From: a virus
Strand: one strand, 5' to 3'
Length of the DNA stretch: 53,677 nucleotides
IMG/VR virus record: IMGVR_UViG_3300045988_182168
Span: 1-53,677 of that record
In this document: positions 17,731 to 28,196 of the stretch, piece by piece
Layout of the letters: each line of letters begins with the position of its first letter
Numbering within the stretch: position 1 is the stretch's first letter
Program-made: the position numbers and the translations under genes
Notes under the pieces: generated by a model
Told to the model about the DNA's origin: nothing
What the model saw: the letters and a program-made list of their open reading frames with translations, nothing else
Databases searched by the model: none

Positions 17731-17996
17731 CAAAGAAAAAACAAGAACCATTAGATGAAGTTAAAGAAATTAAAACTCCTGCAACTCAGAAAAGAATACT
17801 ATATGAATTAGTAGCTGAATCTCCATTACGTGAATATGTCATTGTTGGAGCATTAGCTAAAGCAGGTTTATTGTCTCAATTTGAGCAAGAGAAAAAAGAA
17901 TATGGTTATCAAGATGTGAAACCATCTATTACTGAAAAAGAATTTGATAAAATATTATCAGATTTCTTAGGAAACTCAAAAAATAAAAAGATATGA
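17727..17996 (+). CDS. hypothetical structural-module protein
   Basis: ATGA-coupled 89-aa ORF. Confidence 0.35.
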   Translation: MTKKKQEPLDEVKEIKTPATQKRILYELVAESPLREYVIVGALAKAGLLSQFEQEKKEYGYQDVKPSITEKEFDKILSDFLGNSKNKKI

Positions 17997-18020
17997 ATAA
18001 AAAAACAATGGTGATTATGA

Positions 18021-19193
18021 ATGACAATTGAACAAACACCTAATATTACATCTATTGAAACAGACCATGATCCAATGGTGAATGGTGAAGGTGCAGTTAT
18101 CCCTTTGATTATTGGGCAAACTGGAAACACAGTGGAAGCAGATAATATTCAAATCAAAAAGTATAGGAATATAGAACAAGTTGGCTCTAGTATTGAAAAT
18201 GGAGGAATTGGAAATGCAGAGGCTAACATGACTTACCAATTTTGTAAAAAATTTTTAAAAGAAACTAAAAAAGTCTACAGTGATGATATTGGTTTACCTT
18301 TTATTTATGTTATCGATATGGGGAGTATAGATTTCACCAATGGGGATGCGTGGGCAGAAGCATTCAATGTAGCAATGACTCAACAAGATGTTGGTGAAAT
18401 TAATATTGTGGGCTTTAAAAAAGAAGATAAAACTAAATCAATAACTGATGATGAAATAGCTACCATTGTTGGAATAATGTCTTCTTTGAATGAGATTATG
18501 GTCAATGATTCAAAAAAAGGAAGACCAAAAAATGCATTATTTACTGTTGAATATTCAACAGATGAGGATATGATGAAAATCACTGATGATTCTAAGGCAA
18601 CTTTTATTCAAAAAAGTAGAATCTGGCCATGTGTATCTGACTTTTATCCTGAAATGTGTGCAAGATTCTGTTTAACCCCATACGATGAGGAACCGGGTTT
18701 TTATGATTTCAGAAGCGTATCTGCTGAAGATGTTATAATTAGAACTGATAATCAAGAGGAATTGCTTCAAAATGCAGGTATCAATTTCATCAGAGTGGAG
18801 ATGGAGGGAAATATTGAACATGCGAAATTATGTCTTGGAGTATCTTCTGCAATGGCACGTGCTGAAAGACCTGCTGATGCGTTACCTCATTTCAGAAGAA
18901 ATACTGATCATCTTTTAAGAAGAATTCATTTTGCATGTTATCCTCAATTGAAACGTAACGAGTTAAAAGTTAATTTCAAAATGTTACAATCAGATGTTGA
19001 TGATATTGTTGATGAGGAAATTAGAAAAGGGGCAATGCAAAAAGGAACCCAGGCAATAGTTTCAGAATCACCTTCAAGTATGCCTAACTTACATATTAAA
19101 ACTATATCAAAACCTGTTAATTCAACATTGTACATTGTCTCTGAGATGTATATATCCCCACCAGATATTCTTGCAGGGGAAGTCACTAACTAA
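18021..19193 (+). CDS. tail sheath protein (XkdK-like)
   Basis: 390 aa. Followed by a tube-sized gene, chaperone and tape measure, with gp25-like and baseplate-J genes downstream. Confidence 0.6.
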   Translation: MTIEQTPNITSIETDHDPMVNGEGAVIPLIIGQTGNTVEADNIQIKKYRNIEQVGSSIENGGIGNAEANMTYQFCKKFLKETKKVYSDDIGLPFIYVIDMGSIDFTNGDAWAEAFNVAMTQQDVGEINIVGFKKEDKTKSITDDEIATIVGIMSSLNEIMVNDSKKGRPKNALFTVEYSTDEDMMKITDDSKATFIQKSRIWPCVSDFYPEMCARFCLTPYDEEPGFYDFRSVSAEDVIIRTDNQEELLQNAGINFIRVEMEGNIEHAKLCLGVSSAMARAERPADALPHFRRNTDHLLRRIHFACYPQLKRNELKVNFKMLQSDVDDIVDEEIRKGAMQKGTQAIVSESPSSMPNLHIKTISKPVNSTLYIVSEMYISPPDILAGEVTN

Positions 19194-19214
19194 AAAAAAA
19201 TGGAGGATTATATT

Positions 19215-19622
19215 ATGACTGATCAAACTGTTGAATTTATTGAAAAAACCTATGACATGGCAATATTAAAATTTAATGAAAAATTAATCCCAGGTAAAGG
19301 AATTAAATTTTCAGGTAAATGGAAAAGAGAAAGGATTAAAGTTGATAATGCAAAGCATGGTGTGGGATGGAAAACTTCTGATGAAGAATATAGTGGGGAG
19401 TTATCTGATATTCCATATAAATATTGGGATGATGTGCAAGAGATTATCGAGGAATTGGATTCAAATCCATTAGCATTAAACATTGCTTGTTATAATATTA
19501 TCGATGATGGGGAATATGAAGAAAGAGGAGTATTGAGATACGCCACAATTACAGATTTTGATAGTACTGCTGTTGATGGTACTTTTGGTATTAAATTTGA
19601 AGCATTATTATTTAAACATTAA
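19215..19622 (+). CDS. tail tube protein
   Basis: ATG 19215 follows GGAGG 8 nt upstream. 135 aa, directly after the sheath gene. Confidence 0.55.
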   Translation: MTDQTVEFIEKTYDMAILKFNEKLIPGKGIKFSGKWKRERIKVDNAKHGVGWKTSDEEYSGELSDIPYKYWDDVQEIIEELDSNPLALNIACYNIIDDGEYEERGVLRYATITDFDSTAVDGTFGIKFEALLFKH

Positions 19623-19693
19623 TAACAAATGCTTTTTATTATTTTTATTTTTTTTTACAAGATTTTTAAAATCGACAAAGGAGTTAATCGTAT

Positions 19694-20458
19694 ATGTCAA
19701 AAGAAGTTGTTACTGGTGATGAAAAAGAATTTATGGATGACTTTTTATTGGACAGTCAATATCTTACAGAGTGTAAGCAATTACCTTTGGATGTCTTGGA
19801 TGAAGATGAATTTGCTGTTGTTGAAAAATGTTTAAATCAAGAAGATTTAACAGATGAGGAATTAACTTTTTTGAAAAAGGTTCTTTATAGATATAGGGAA
19901 GCTATGAAAAAGTTGGATGTAGCTAACAGTGAAGAGAATGTGGAAACGGTCCGTAAGCATATTAAATCTGAAAAAGAATTATTGGCTTTAATTGATGAAT
20001 TGGAAGAGAATTACAAACTTCAAATGGTATATTGTTTGAGGAATGGTGAAGAAGTAATACTTGACCTCATAGTCAAACCCTTGACTGATAGTCAAGCAAT
20101 CAGTGAGATGCAGACTCATGCAAATCTATTTAAAGAATTGAACACTAATGAACGTGTCGTTTGGAGTAAAGTAATGCAAGGTCAAACGGTATATACTGAA
20201 GAAGAAAAGAAACTTGCAGAACACATTGCTGATAAATATGAAGAACAAGAATATGATATGGAACATAAAACACAGGGAATGAGAGAATTCCTTGCAAGAC
20301 AGGTTGAATTTGAAAACACTAGTTTCAAAACATATAATCAAAAATTAAAATTTTGGAATAAGATAGAAGTCACAACTGTAATAGATCTGTATCAGAAAGT
20401 CAGAAAAATGCTTCATATTGATGAGCAGAAAACAGAGGAATTATTTCTCAATGAGTGA
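19694..20458 (+). CDS. tail assembly chaperone (putative)
   Basis: Acidic helical 254-aa ORF immediately upstream of the tape measure gene. Confidence 0.45.
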   Translation: MSKEVVTGDEKEFMDDFLLDSQYLTECKQLPLDVLDEDEFAVVEKCLNQEDLTDEELTFLKKVLYRYREAMKKLDVANSEENVETVRKHIKSEKELLALIDELEENYKLQMVYCLRNGEEVILDLIVKPLTDSQAISEMQTHANLFKELNTNERVVWSKVMQGQTVYTEEEKKLAEHIADKYEEQEYDMEHKTQGMREFLARQVEFENTSFKTYNQKLKFWNKIEVTTVIDLYQKVRKMLHIDEQKTEELFLNE

Positions 20459-20645
20459 TAGTTTCATGGGGGAAGTTTATTTTAGAGTATCACAACATCT
20501 AGGAATTGTAATAAGTGAAGTAATCAGAAAAAAATTCACTCCCGACATGATGTTATTAATACATAAATACAGCAATATAGTTCGTAATGAATATAAAGAA
20601 TATCAAAAAATACAGGAAGAACTCAATAAAAACAAATTTAAATAA
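20451..20645 (+). CDS. small protein between chaperone and tape measure
   Basis: ATG 20451 overlaps the chaperone stop. Occupies the position of the T part of a G/GT chaperone pair. Confidence 0.35.
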   Translation: MSDSFMGEVYFRVSQHLGIVISEVIRKKFTPDMMLLIHKYSNIVRNEYKEYQKIQEELNKNKFK

Positions 20646-20657
20646 ATAGATGATATT

Positions 20658-23600
20658 ATGGCTACTTTAGAAGACATACTGCTTAATATTGGTGCAACAG
20701 ATAGTGCAAGTAATGTATTTAAAAATGTTGGATCTAATGCACAAAGCATGGCATCTACAGTTACTAATGCACTTAACAGTGCAAACACAGGATTTCAAAA
20801 TTTAAGCAATGTTAGTGACAATCTTATAGCCAGTTTATCTAATGGGAAATCCGCAGCGGATTTATTATTTGCTACAACAAGCAAAGCTGAAACAAACAGT
20901 GTACTTGTCAACATGATGAGTGATAATGCAGCTGCAGCAGAAAAATTAAACAAACATATTGATGAGGTTACGAACACTAGTCTTGTAAGTATGCAGAATT
21001 TGATTCCTGCAATGAATGCATTTAAAACAGCTACTGGTGCAACAGATGCTCAGATATATGATGCAACAGATGGAATAGCTGCATTTGGTGCAAAAGTATT
21101 GGCACAGACAGGTTCAGTTGAGTTATCAGAGCAAGCAATGATGGACCTCTCTAAAGGTATTAAAGGAGCATGTGCATCATTAGACCAGTATGGTATTACA
21201 ACAGATGCACTGAAAAGAACTGGCTTATGGAATGGAGAGGAAAGTGATATCAAAGGTTATATTGCAGCAGTACAACAATTAACTGGAGATACATCTGCAT
21301 TAATGGAAACCAATGAAGGTTTAGATGCAAGATTAGGAAAAGCTTTTAGCAGTGCTGGTAAAAAAATAGGTAATGAATTTTTACCTCAAATTAAAAGTGT
21401 TAAACAAGCATTCTTGGACTTAAATTCATCTACCGGGGGAGATTTTGCTGCAAGTATTATTGTTGCTGCTCAGGGGATAGATATATTTAGTCAAGGAATG
21501 GGTTTTGCAGCTCAAACTGCTCAAGGTATAAAAAGTATTAGAGATGCTTTTAGTGCAGTTAGTGATGGTGTGGGTATTGCTACTGATTGGTTAAATAAAT
21601 TTCGTGCTGCTGAAGAGGCAGCATCTGCAGTAGATATTGCTGATACTCTGTCTGAGTTGACTCCTGAAGCAATTCAAGAGGCTGCTGCATTTGGTGGAGG
21701 AAATATTAGTTTTAAAAATTCGTCTCTAGATATTAATGATACTGAAATGTTACAGGATATGATAGATTATCAAGTTGCTTCCTCTGAAGGGAGTTTGTCT
21801 AAGATGGCTGTGTTGGAAGAGAAATATGGGCACATGAATCTTTCTGCGAATGCATTAAAATCTGAATCAGAAATAGTTGCAGAAGTTATGGGTGATATTC
21901 CTGATACAAAAGGAATGTCTAAAATTTCAAAGGCTACTGAAGATGTGGTTGAAGATGCTAGCAAAATGGGAAATGTGGGTTCTAAAGCAGCAAGTGCAGG
22001 GGCAGGAATGCAAGCTAGTTCTGGAGGGTTATCTGCAATAAGTGCAGGTGCATCATCAATGTTAGTGCCTTTACTAACAATCGCTGTAGTAATAGCTGTG
22101 ATGATTCCTGTTGTAACTGCATTAGCTGCCGAAGCATTACTGTGTATGAAAGGAATACAAATGTTAGTGGATGCACTTGACTTTGGAGGCATTGATATTG
22201 ATGATGACTTGGAAGGCATTAAAAAGATTGGTGAAGTTATATTGAACATAGGCATTGTAATGACAGAAATGACATTCACTGCAACAATGACTGGAATATA
22301 TGGTTTTGTTCAAGGATTATTCATGATAATTAATCCAATTCAATTAGCAGTAAATCAAATAAAAACTGTAGTTCCAATTATTAATCAATTAGCAACAGTT
22401 GGAGATATTAATGATAGTATTCCCGGTAAACTTCAAAAGTTAGGAGCTAGTTTACAATCTATTTCGGCTGCAACAAATGCTATGACTTCAACTAGTGTCA
22501 CTGTGGGATGGGGTAATTTTGTCGCATGGATTTTTAATTTTAGCAACACCACAGATGCAGTTAGACAAGCTAAAGATGAATTGATAAAAGCTGCAGATTC
22601 AATAAATCAATTGAAAGGATTGCCTGACATTGATGGTGGAGTTGCTTCCAGATTGAAAAGTGTTGGGGACTCTTTAAAAGGAGTTTCTGATAGTATTAGA
22701 GCATTACGTAGTATTCGTGATGATCAAAACTGGGATGGTTTTGTCACTGGTTTATTTGGAGGGGTTGATATTCAAACTGCATTAACTCAAGTAAAATCTG
22801 ATATTGTCAAAGCTGCTGATACTCTTAAAAACTTTAGTAATCTCCCGGATATCCCCCAAGATGTGGGTAGTAAATTAAGAAATATTGGCGACTCTTTGAA
22901 AGGAGTTTCTGATAGTATCAAGTCATTGCGTTCATTAAGGGATGATATGAATTGGGATAATGCAATAGTGGGGTTATTTAGAGGTGCAGATATCACTTCT
23001 ACTTTGAATAATGTTAAAAGCACATTAACAAATGCTGCTAGGACATTAGCAACATTCAACAGCATTCCTAATGTTCCCCCAGGTATTGCAACAAAAGTAA
23101 CAAGAGTAGCTGATGCTACAAAAGTAGTTGGTAATGCAGTACGTGCAATGCAAGGAGTCAATATTCCTAATGTTGTTACACTATCAATGTTACCTGCAAA
23201 GATTACTTCTGCTAAAAATGTATTGCAAAAAACAGCTACTGAATTAATAGGATTGCAAAGTGTTCCTACAGTACCTGATGGATTATACACTAAAGTTGCT
23301 AGAATAGGTACTTCCTCTAGAAATGTAGGTAATTCTGTTAATATTATCAAGGGTATTCCACAAGTAAATCAAAGTGCAGGAGGTAAAGTTCAACGTGCAG
23401 TATCAGTAATTAAAAAAGCAGCTAAGGAATTAAATAAATTAAAAGGCACTAATGTTAATGATGTGGGAGGAATATTATCTAGTGTCCGTAAGGCTTTAAA
23501 TCAATTACGTGGAACATTATCTAGTATGGGTGGAAGCTTCAAAGGAGCAGCACATGGAATAGGTGCAGGTATAAAAGCAGGTGTTGTATCAGGTATGAGT

Positions 23601-24251
23601 GGATTATCCGGGGGAGTTCATGCTCAAGCATCAGCTGCAATGGGAGTGTTCCAAAGTACTATGGTAGGAGGTGCAAGAAATGCAGGTAATGGTGCTAGAG
23701 CTGCTTTTCAAGGTAGTTTCAAATTAGCAAATATTGCTCAAGCTGAAATGGGGTATGCTGTTCAAGCAGTTAAAAATGGTAGTGGTGCTTTAGCAGATGC
23801 ATGTAGAATAGCCGCGGAAAAAGCCGTGGCTGCTGCTAAAGAAGGAGCAGATTCACATTCCCCTGGTGCTATTGCTAGAATGTGGGGTCAAGAAATAGGA
23901 GAATACTCTGTTCAAAAAGTATTGTCTGGAGCATCATTACTTGTACGGACTGTAAGGGACACTTCAAGAAGAGTAGTTGGTGCATGGGGTTCACCAAATC
24001 TAGGTATTGGAACCAATCTTGAAAGATTAAATAATATCCCTAATCCTAATGCTTTGCAAGGTATGGGATTACTAAGTAAAATAATGCCACAAATGCAAAA
24101 CACTAATAAAACTATTATATTTAATATTGGTAATGGTGCATTTCAGTTAGATGCACGTAATTTAACTCAAACTGAATGTCAAAAAATAGTGACTCTTGGA
24201 TTAGAAGGAATAAGACAAGTTCAAGATGTTAACATTAGAGGGGTTAGATAA
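20658..24251 (+). CDS. tail tape measure protein
   Basis: 1197 aa, Ala/Gly/Ser-rich with hydrophobic middle segments and ~66-aa internal repeats ('GDSLKGVSDSI..LRS.RDD.NWD'). Canonical position. Confidence 0.85.
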   Translation: MATLEDILLNIGATDSASNVFKNVGSNAQSMASTVTNALNSANTGFQNLSNVSDNLIASLSNGKSAADLLFATTSKAETNSVLVNMMSDNAAAAEKLNKHIDEVTNTSLVSMQNLIPAMNAFKTATGATDAQIYDATDGIAAFGAKVLAQTGSVELSEQAMMDLSKGIKGACASLDQYGITTDALKRTGLWNGEESDIKGYIAAVQQLTGDTSALMETNEGLDARLGKAFSSAGKKIGNEFLPQIKSVKQAFLDLNSSTGGDFAASIIVAAQGIDIFSQGMGFAAQTAQGIKSIRDAFSAVSDGVGIATDWLNKFRAAEEAASAVDIADTLSELTPEAIQEAAAFGGGNISFKNSSLDINDTEMLQDMIDYQVASSEGSLSKMAVLEEKYGHMNLSANALKSESEIVAEVMGDIPDTKGMSKISKATEDVVEDASKMGNVGSKAASAGAGMQASSGGLSAISAGASSMLVPLLTIAVVIAVMIPVVTALAAEALLCMKGIQMLVDALDFGGIDIDDDLEGIKKIGEVILNIGIVMTEMTFTATMTGIYGFVQGLFMIINPIQLAVNQIKTVVPIINQLATVGDINDSIPGKLQKLGASLQSISAATNAMTSTSVTVGWGNFVAWIFNFSNTTDAVRQAKDELIKAADSINQLKGLPDIDGGVASRLKSVGDSLKGVSDSIRALRSIRDDQNWDGFVTGLFGGVDIQTALTQVKSDIVKAADTLKNFSNLPDIPQDVGSKLRNIGDSLKGVSDSIKSLRSLRDDMNWDNAIVGLFRGADITSTLNNVKSTLTNAARTLATFNSIPNVPPGIATKVTRVADATKVVGNAVRAMQGVNIPNVVTLSMLPAKITSAKNVLQKTATELIGLQSVPTVPDGLYTKVARIGTSSRNVGNSVNIIKGIPQVNQSAGGKVQRAVSVIKKAAKELNKLKGTNVNDVGGILSSVRKALNQLRGTLSSMGGSFKGAAHGIGAGIKAGVVSGMSGLSGGVHAQASAAMGVFQSTMVGGARNAGNGARAAFQGSFKLANIAQAEMGYAVQAVKNGSGALADACRIAAEKAVAAAKEGADSHSPGAIARMWGQEIGEYSVQKVLSGASLLVRTVRDTSRRVVGAWGSPNLGIGTNLERLNNIPNPNALQGMGLLSKIMPQMQNTNKTIIFNIGNGAFQLDARNLTQTECQKIVTLGLEGIRQVQDVNIRGVR

Positions 24252-24253
24252 TT

Positions 24254-24709
24254 ATGGTTGATATGAATAAACATATTATTCCTAATAGTGAGCATAATCT
24301 TGAAATAGATGGATTTGCTTTTTACATTGATGATTGGGATCTTAATGTGGCTACACCTATGAGGGAATTGAACGAAACTCAAATAGCTTTAGGGGTGCCT
24401 TTTGTGTCAAGAGGTAAATTTATTCCTCGTGAAGGAACTTTTTATACTACAATTTTTATTGAGCCTCATCATCCTGACATTTATTATAAAACTTTCACTA
24501 GATTGAACAATAAACTATGTGAGGTTTATTGTCCATTATTGGGGGGTATTTTCACAGCGAGTGTTCAAATTAAATGGCAGAAAGATACTCCCACCACTTT
24601 GAAATTACAAATATCTGTCAAAGAAGTTATTACTAATGGAAAATCAAATATTCCTGGTGAAGAATCATTGGAAAACTTGGATACGGTTATTGTGAAAAAT
24701 GGAGGTTAA
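24254..24709 (+). CDS. tail/baseplate protein (XkdP position)
   Basis: 151-aa ORF directly after the tape measure gene. Confidence 0.4.
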   Translation: MVDMNKHIIPNSEHNLEIDGFAFYIDDWDLNVATPMRELNETQIALGVPFVSRGKFIPREGTFYTTIFIEPHHPDIYYKTFTRLNNKLCEVYCPLLGGIFTASVQIKWQKDTPTTLKLQISVKEVITNGKSNIPGEESLENLDTVIVKNGG

Positions 24710-24713
24710 TAAG

Positions 24714-25772
24714 ATGGTTTCTGCATATGCTATTCCAAGATATCTCCTTGAAATTTACAAGACGGATGAAGAAAACTTTGAGCCTTATGTTCCCAATACA
24801 AGTAACAATGAAGAAGAATCTGTTAAAGATAAAGTTAAAGAAGAAGGTAACAAAGAAACAGATGAAGAAACATATGATGTTGAAGAAAACAAAGATGGTT
24901 TCACACTTCATCAAGGAGAAATCCAAGAAATTTATTATTACAGAAATTTACATTCTATAGGGTGGGATCATGATTATGAAGATATGTCTAATAGTGGGTC
25001 ATGTGAAATACCTTACTTCGAAACAGATTTGTCTCAATGTTATCTTGGAGTTAGATTGTTACTTAGAGCAGATTGGGAGGAATATAATGAAAAAAGAGTA
25101 TTAAAAGAATTACCTCCGGCAATCCTCGGATTCATTACTGAAGAAAGATTCAATAATGGTTTAACTAGCCTTAGTTTATCAGGTATGGATAAAACACTTG
25201 AAGAAGAATACCAATTTGAATTTACTCAAATGAAACGTTCTGAAATCATTACTGAAATGATTAAAACTGCTAATTTAAAACCTGATGTTGATGTTACAGG
25301 ATTACAAGATGATGTGATAGATTATAGTAATGTCAATAGTGGGGATGGGGATTCTGGAGGGGTTGGTGGAAACTATGCTTCAATCAACGACTTTGTGAAA
25401 AAAGCTATTAAAGGAAAGAAAGGAGATAGAGCTAAAGCAGAAGCAATTCATAATGCTTTGAAAGCGATTATTAGATATAGTTCTTATTCATGCAGTAATT
25501 ATCCTCGTGATCCTGAAGCTTGTTTGAAAAATGCAAGTCATTTGAACTGTGCTGATACTAGTTGTTTGACTTGTACTTGTTTTAAAGCAGCTAAACTAAC
25601 TGCAAGAGTTGTTCATGGACCTAATCATTTTTGGACAGAAGTGCAAATTGCTGGTCAGTGGATAGCTTCAGATTTAACTGGTTGTGAAGGTTGTGAATCA
25701 AGAAGAAGTTTGGGTCAAGTTTGGAATAATTCTAATAAAGATCGTGTCTGTGGAGATTTTCCTAGTTGTTAA
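24714..25772 (+). CDS. baseplate-associated protein with C-terminal transglutaminase-like cysteine peptidase core
   Basis: ATG 24714 after GGAGG. 'NCADTSCLTCTCFKAAKLTARVVHGPNHFWTEVQIAGQWIASDLT' gives the Cys...His...Asp spacing of the transglutaminase core. Confidence 0.6.
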   Translation: MVSAYAIPRYLLEIYKTDEENFEPYVPNTSNNEEESVKDKVKEEGNKETDEETYDVEENKDGFTLHQGEIQEIYYYRNLHSIGWDHDYEDMSNSGSCEIPYFETDLSQCYLGVRLLLRADWEEYNEKRVLKELPPAILGFITEERFNNGLTSLSLSGMDKTLEEEYQFEFTQMKRSEIITEMIKTANLKPDVDVTGLQDDVIDYSNVNSGDGDSGGVGGNYASINDFVKKAIKGKKGDRAKAEAIHNALKAIIRYSSYSCSNYPRDPEACLKNASHLNCADTSCLTCTCFKAAKLTARVVHGPNHFWTEVQIAGQWIASDLTGCEGCESRRSLGQVWNNSNKDRVCGDFPSC

Positions 25773-25786
25773 AATGGTGATTATAT

Positions 25787-27064
25787 ATGTCAGAGGTTGT
25801 AGTAGGTTGTGATAGAAATGATGGTAATGATGCAAAGGTGCAGAATGCAGTATGTGATGCTTTGCAAAAAGCAGGACATAATGTAGAAAAATTAGCTATT
25901 GCTCCTAATCCATTTGCGGCTTATTCTTACAGTTCAAGAGCGACCGGCAAAATAGGAGTGTTCATTATAGCTGCAGGCACATATTCAATCGCAGACTATT
26001 ACTACGGTGCAGCTAAAAATGGTAATAGTTTTAAGTTTGCCGTGTTTGCTATTCGGGGGGACATTTCAAGTCAAATAGCTGGGCGTGAACCAGGCTTCAG
26101 TAGTAGACCTATTGGTGCTGATGCAGATTGCCCAGCAAGGCTATGTGCTAATATTCGTGGTTTAACATTCAAACAAATGAATCAAAAATTAAAAGACAAA
26201 GTAAAAATCGTCGGGGGTTCTTCAGCTCAAGAAATAGCAAAAAATGTTGTTAATGCTATTGGTGGAGGTTCTACAGAAGATGGTGGAGATTCATCAGCTT
26301 CAACAATTAAAGATGCTATAAAAGAAGTAGCTAGTTTTTGGGATGGTGAGATTGAAATCACAGTAGATCAAGATACTGTTCGTGTACGTAAAATTCCTGA
26401 ACCTGAAAGAGATCATTTGGAGAATAATATTATTGAAGGAATAAATGTTCACTTGAATAGTATTAGTGTTCAGGATTATCATCCAGATACAATAAATATC
26501 TTGAAAGTTCATTGGCCCGGGGGAGATGACATTGTATTATCTGACAAAGCATTAATCAGCAGGTTTGGTGAAAAGCCAAAAGAAACTGATGCAGTTAAAA
26601 TGATTGTTAAAGAAGATAATGTGGATTCATCATCAACAACTACTCCTTCTACTGATGCAGAAACAGCAACTGATGATACAACATCTCCTGAAGATAGTGG
26701 AGAAACAACATCTCCATCAACATCATACGAAGAAGTACCCTGTGAAACATATGATGAAGCATTAAGCTTCGCCAACCTCGAATGGGCAAAAATCAGAAGA
26801 AACAATGGGCATGAAATAGAGCTAAAAGTTATTGGAGATTATCACTATAAACCTGGGTGGGTTTATGTGAAACTATATTCGTATCCTACAGACATGTGGA
26901 TGTATATCAAAGCTGTTAACCATGAAATTTCAGAGAATGGTGAATTTAATACAAACCTCACATTGGTAGATTATCCTCCAAGTCTTGGAGAATGGAATGA
27001 AGATTCAAATGAAGAAGAATTAGATGAAGAGGAAGAAGCCCCTACTGAGGATGTGGAAACATGA
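25787..27064 (+). CDS. baseplate hub-like protein (putative)
   Basis: 425 aa with a Ser/Thr/acidic linker. Position upstream of the gp25-like and J genes. Confidence 0.35.
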   Translation: MSEVVVGCDRNDGNDAKVQNAVCDALQKAGHNVEKLAIAPNPFAAYSYSSRATGKIGVFIIAAGTYSIADYYYGAAKNGNSFKFAVFAIRGDISSQIAGREPGFSSRPIGADADCPARLCANIRGLTFKQMNQKLKDKVKIVGGSSAQEIAKNVVNAIGGGSTEDGGDSSASTIKDAIKEVASFWDGEIEITVDQDTVRVRKIPEPERDHLENNIIEGINVHLNSISVQDYHPDTINILKVHWPGGDDIVLSDKALISRFGEKPKETDAVKMIVKEDNVDSSSTTTPSTDAETATDDTTSPEDSGETTSPSTSYEEVPCETYDEALSFANLEWAKIRRNNGHEIELKVIGDYHYKPGWVYVKLYSYPTDMWMYIKAVNHEISENGEFNTNLTLVDYPPSLGEWNEDSNEEELDEEEEAPTEDVET

Positions 27065-27750
27065 GAACTACCAATAACATCACATTAACCAATAAAAGAC
27101 AATATGACCCATTGAAATTATTAGTTAATCAGATTATTGATGATCGTAAAATTGAAGAAACAATTAATAAAACGGTGGATGCTTCAAAAATTAGAACTGG
27201 TAAATTATTAAAATTTTACCCGTACCTTGATAAAGCTGAAGTACAGTTGAATAATATTACTAAACCCGTTCTTTGCAGAATGTTTCATAGGTTTGGAGGT
27301 AGTTTAATTGATTTTTTCACCCCTGAAGGGGAAAATGCTTTTTGTGAAACTTTGAAAGAACCTTGCATACTTCCAAGAGAACAATTACATGTTCTTGTTG
27401 CAGACATTTCAAATGAAGATGCTAAAGAAATGTTAATGTTAGGGTACTACCATCCAGAAGATATTGTTGGTATTAAACCAGCAGATCAAAATTATTTCAA
27501 ACTCACGAACATTGGTGCAACAAACATATGGGGAATTGAAATAGGTAATGGTGAAATTAAAATAAATACGATGGCTGGAATCACATATACTGAAGGAGAA
27601 TTCCATGCAGATAATACTGAAGTGAATTATGCGGATATTAAGAACATCTACACCAAGAAAGAAGTTTACACTAAAAAAGAAGTTGATGACCTCATAGCCC
27701 AAATGAAACAAGAAATAACTGATGAAATAATAAATGATGAGGGTGAATAA
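27061..27750 (+). CDS. baseplate/spike protein (putative)
   Basis: ATGA-coupled 229-aa ORF in the baseplate block. Confidence 0.35.
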   Translation: MRTTNNITLTNKRQYDPLKLLVNQIIDDRKIEETINKTVDASKIRTGKLLKFYPYLDKAEVQLNNITKPVLCRMFHRFGGSLIDFFTPEGENAFCETLKEPCILPREQLHVLVADISNEDAKEMLMLGYYHPEDIVGIKPADQNYFKLTNIGATNIWGIEIGNGEIKINTMAGITYTEGEFHADNTEVNYADIKNIYTKKEVYTKKEVDDLIAQMKQEITDEIINDEGE

Positions 27751-27752
27751 AA

Positions 27753-28196
27753 ATGTTACCCATTGACTATGAATCAGATGATTATAAGTTTAATAAAACA
27801 TTGCATAGGGATGTTAAAATATCTCCGAATCAATGGAACAATAAATGGGATTTACAATTTGAAGATGGAGATTTTAAAATCGTATCTGGTCATGATAGTT
27901 TAAGAAATGCTATAAATATTGCAATTATGACTAGATATAAAGAATTGAAAAATGAATTATATAGTCCAGATTTTGGTTGTAAAATTCATGAACTAACAAA
28001 AGCTAAAAAATCTATAATTGTTCAAAAGAAAATTGCTTATTATTGTGAAAATGTTTTGAAAGAAATGAGAAGAATCAAAACTGTTAATGAAATAATAGTT
28101 ACTGATAATAAGGATAATAATGCTCATAAATATGGGGTGTTTTTCAATATTACAAGTATTACCGATGAAGTGATTAGTGGAAGTGTTAATTTATGA
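27753..28196 (+). CDS. baseplate wedge protein, gp25/GPW-like
   Basis: 'SGHDSLRNAINIAIMTRYKELKNELYSPDFGCKIHEL' matches the GPW_gp25 pattern. Confidence 0.7.
   Translation: MLPIDYESDDYKFNKTLHRDVKISPNQWNNKWDLQFEDGDFKIVSGHDSLRNAINIAIMTRYKELKNELYSPDFGCKIHELTKAKKSIIVQKKIAYYCENVLKEMRRIKTVNEIIVTDNKDNNAHKYGVFFNITSITDEVISGSVNL

Noticed and set aside
21770-23350. Long minus-strand ORFs (21770-22279, 22787-23350) inside the tape measure gene
   Set aside because: They are antisense shadows of an Ala/Gly/Ser-rich gene. They have no SD sites, low-complexity products, and the plus-strand gene explains the region.
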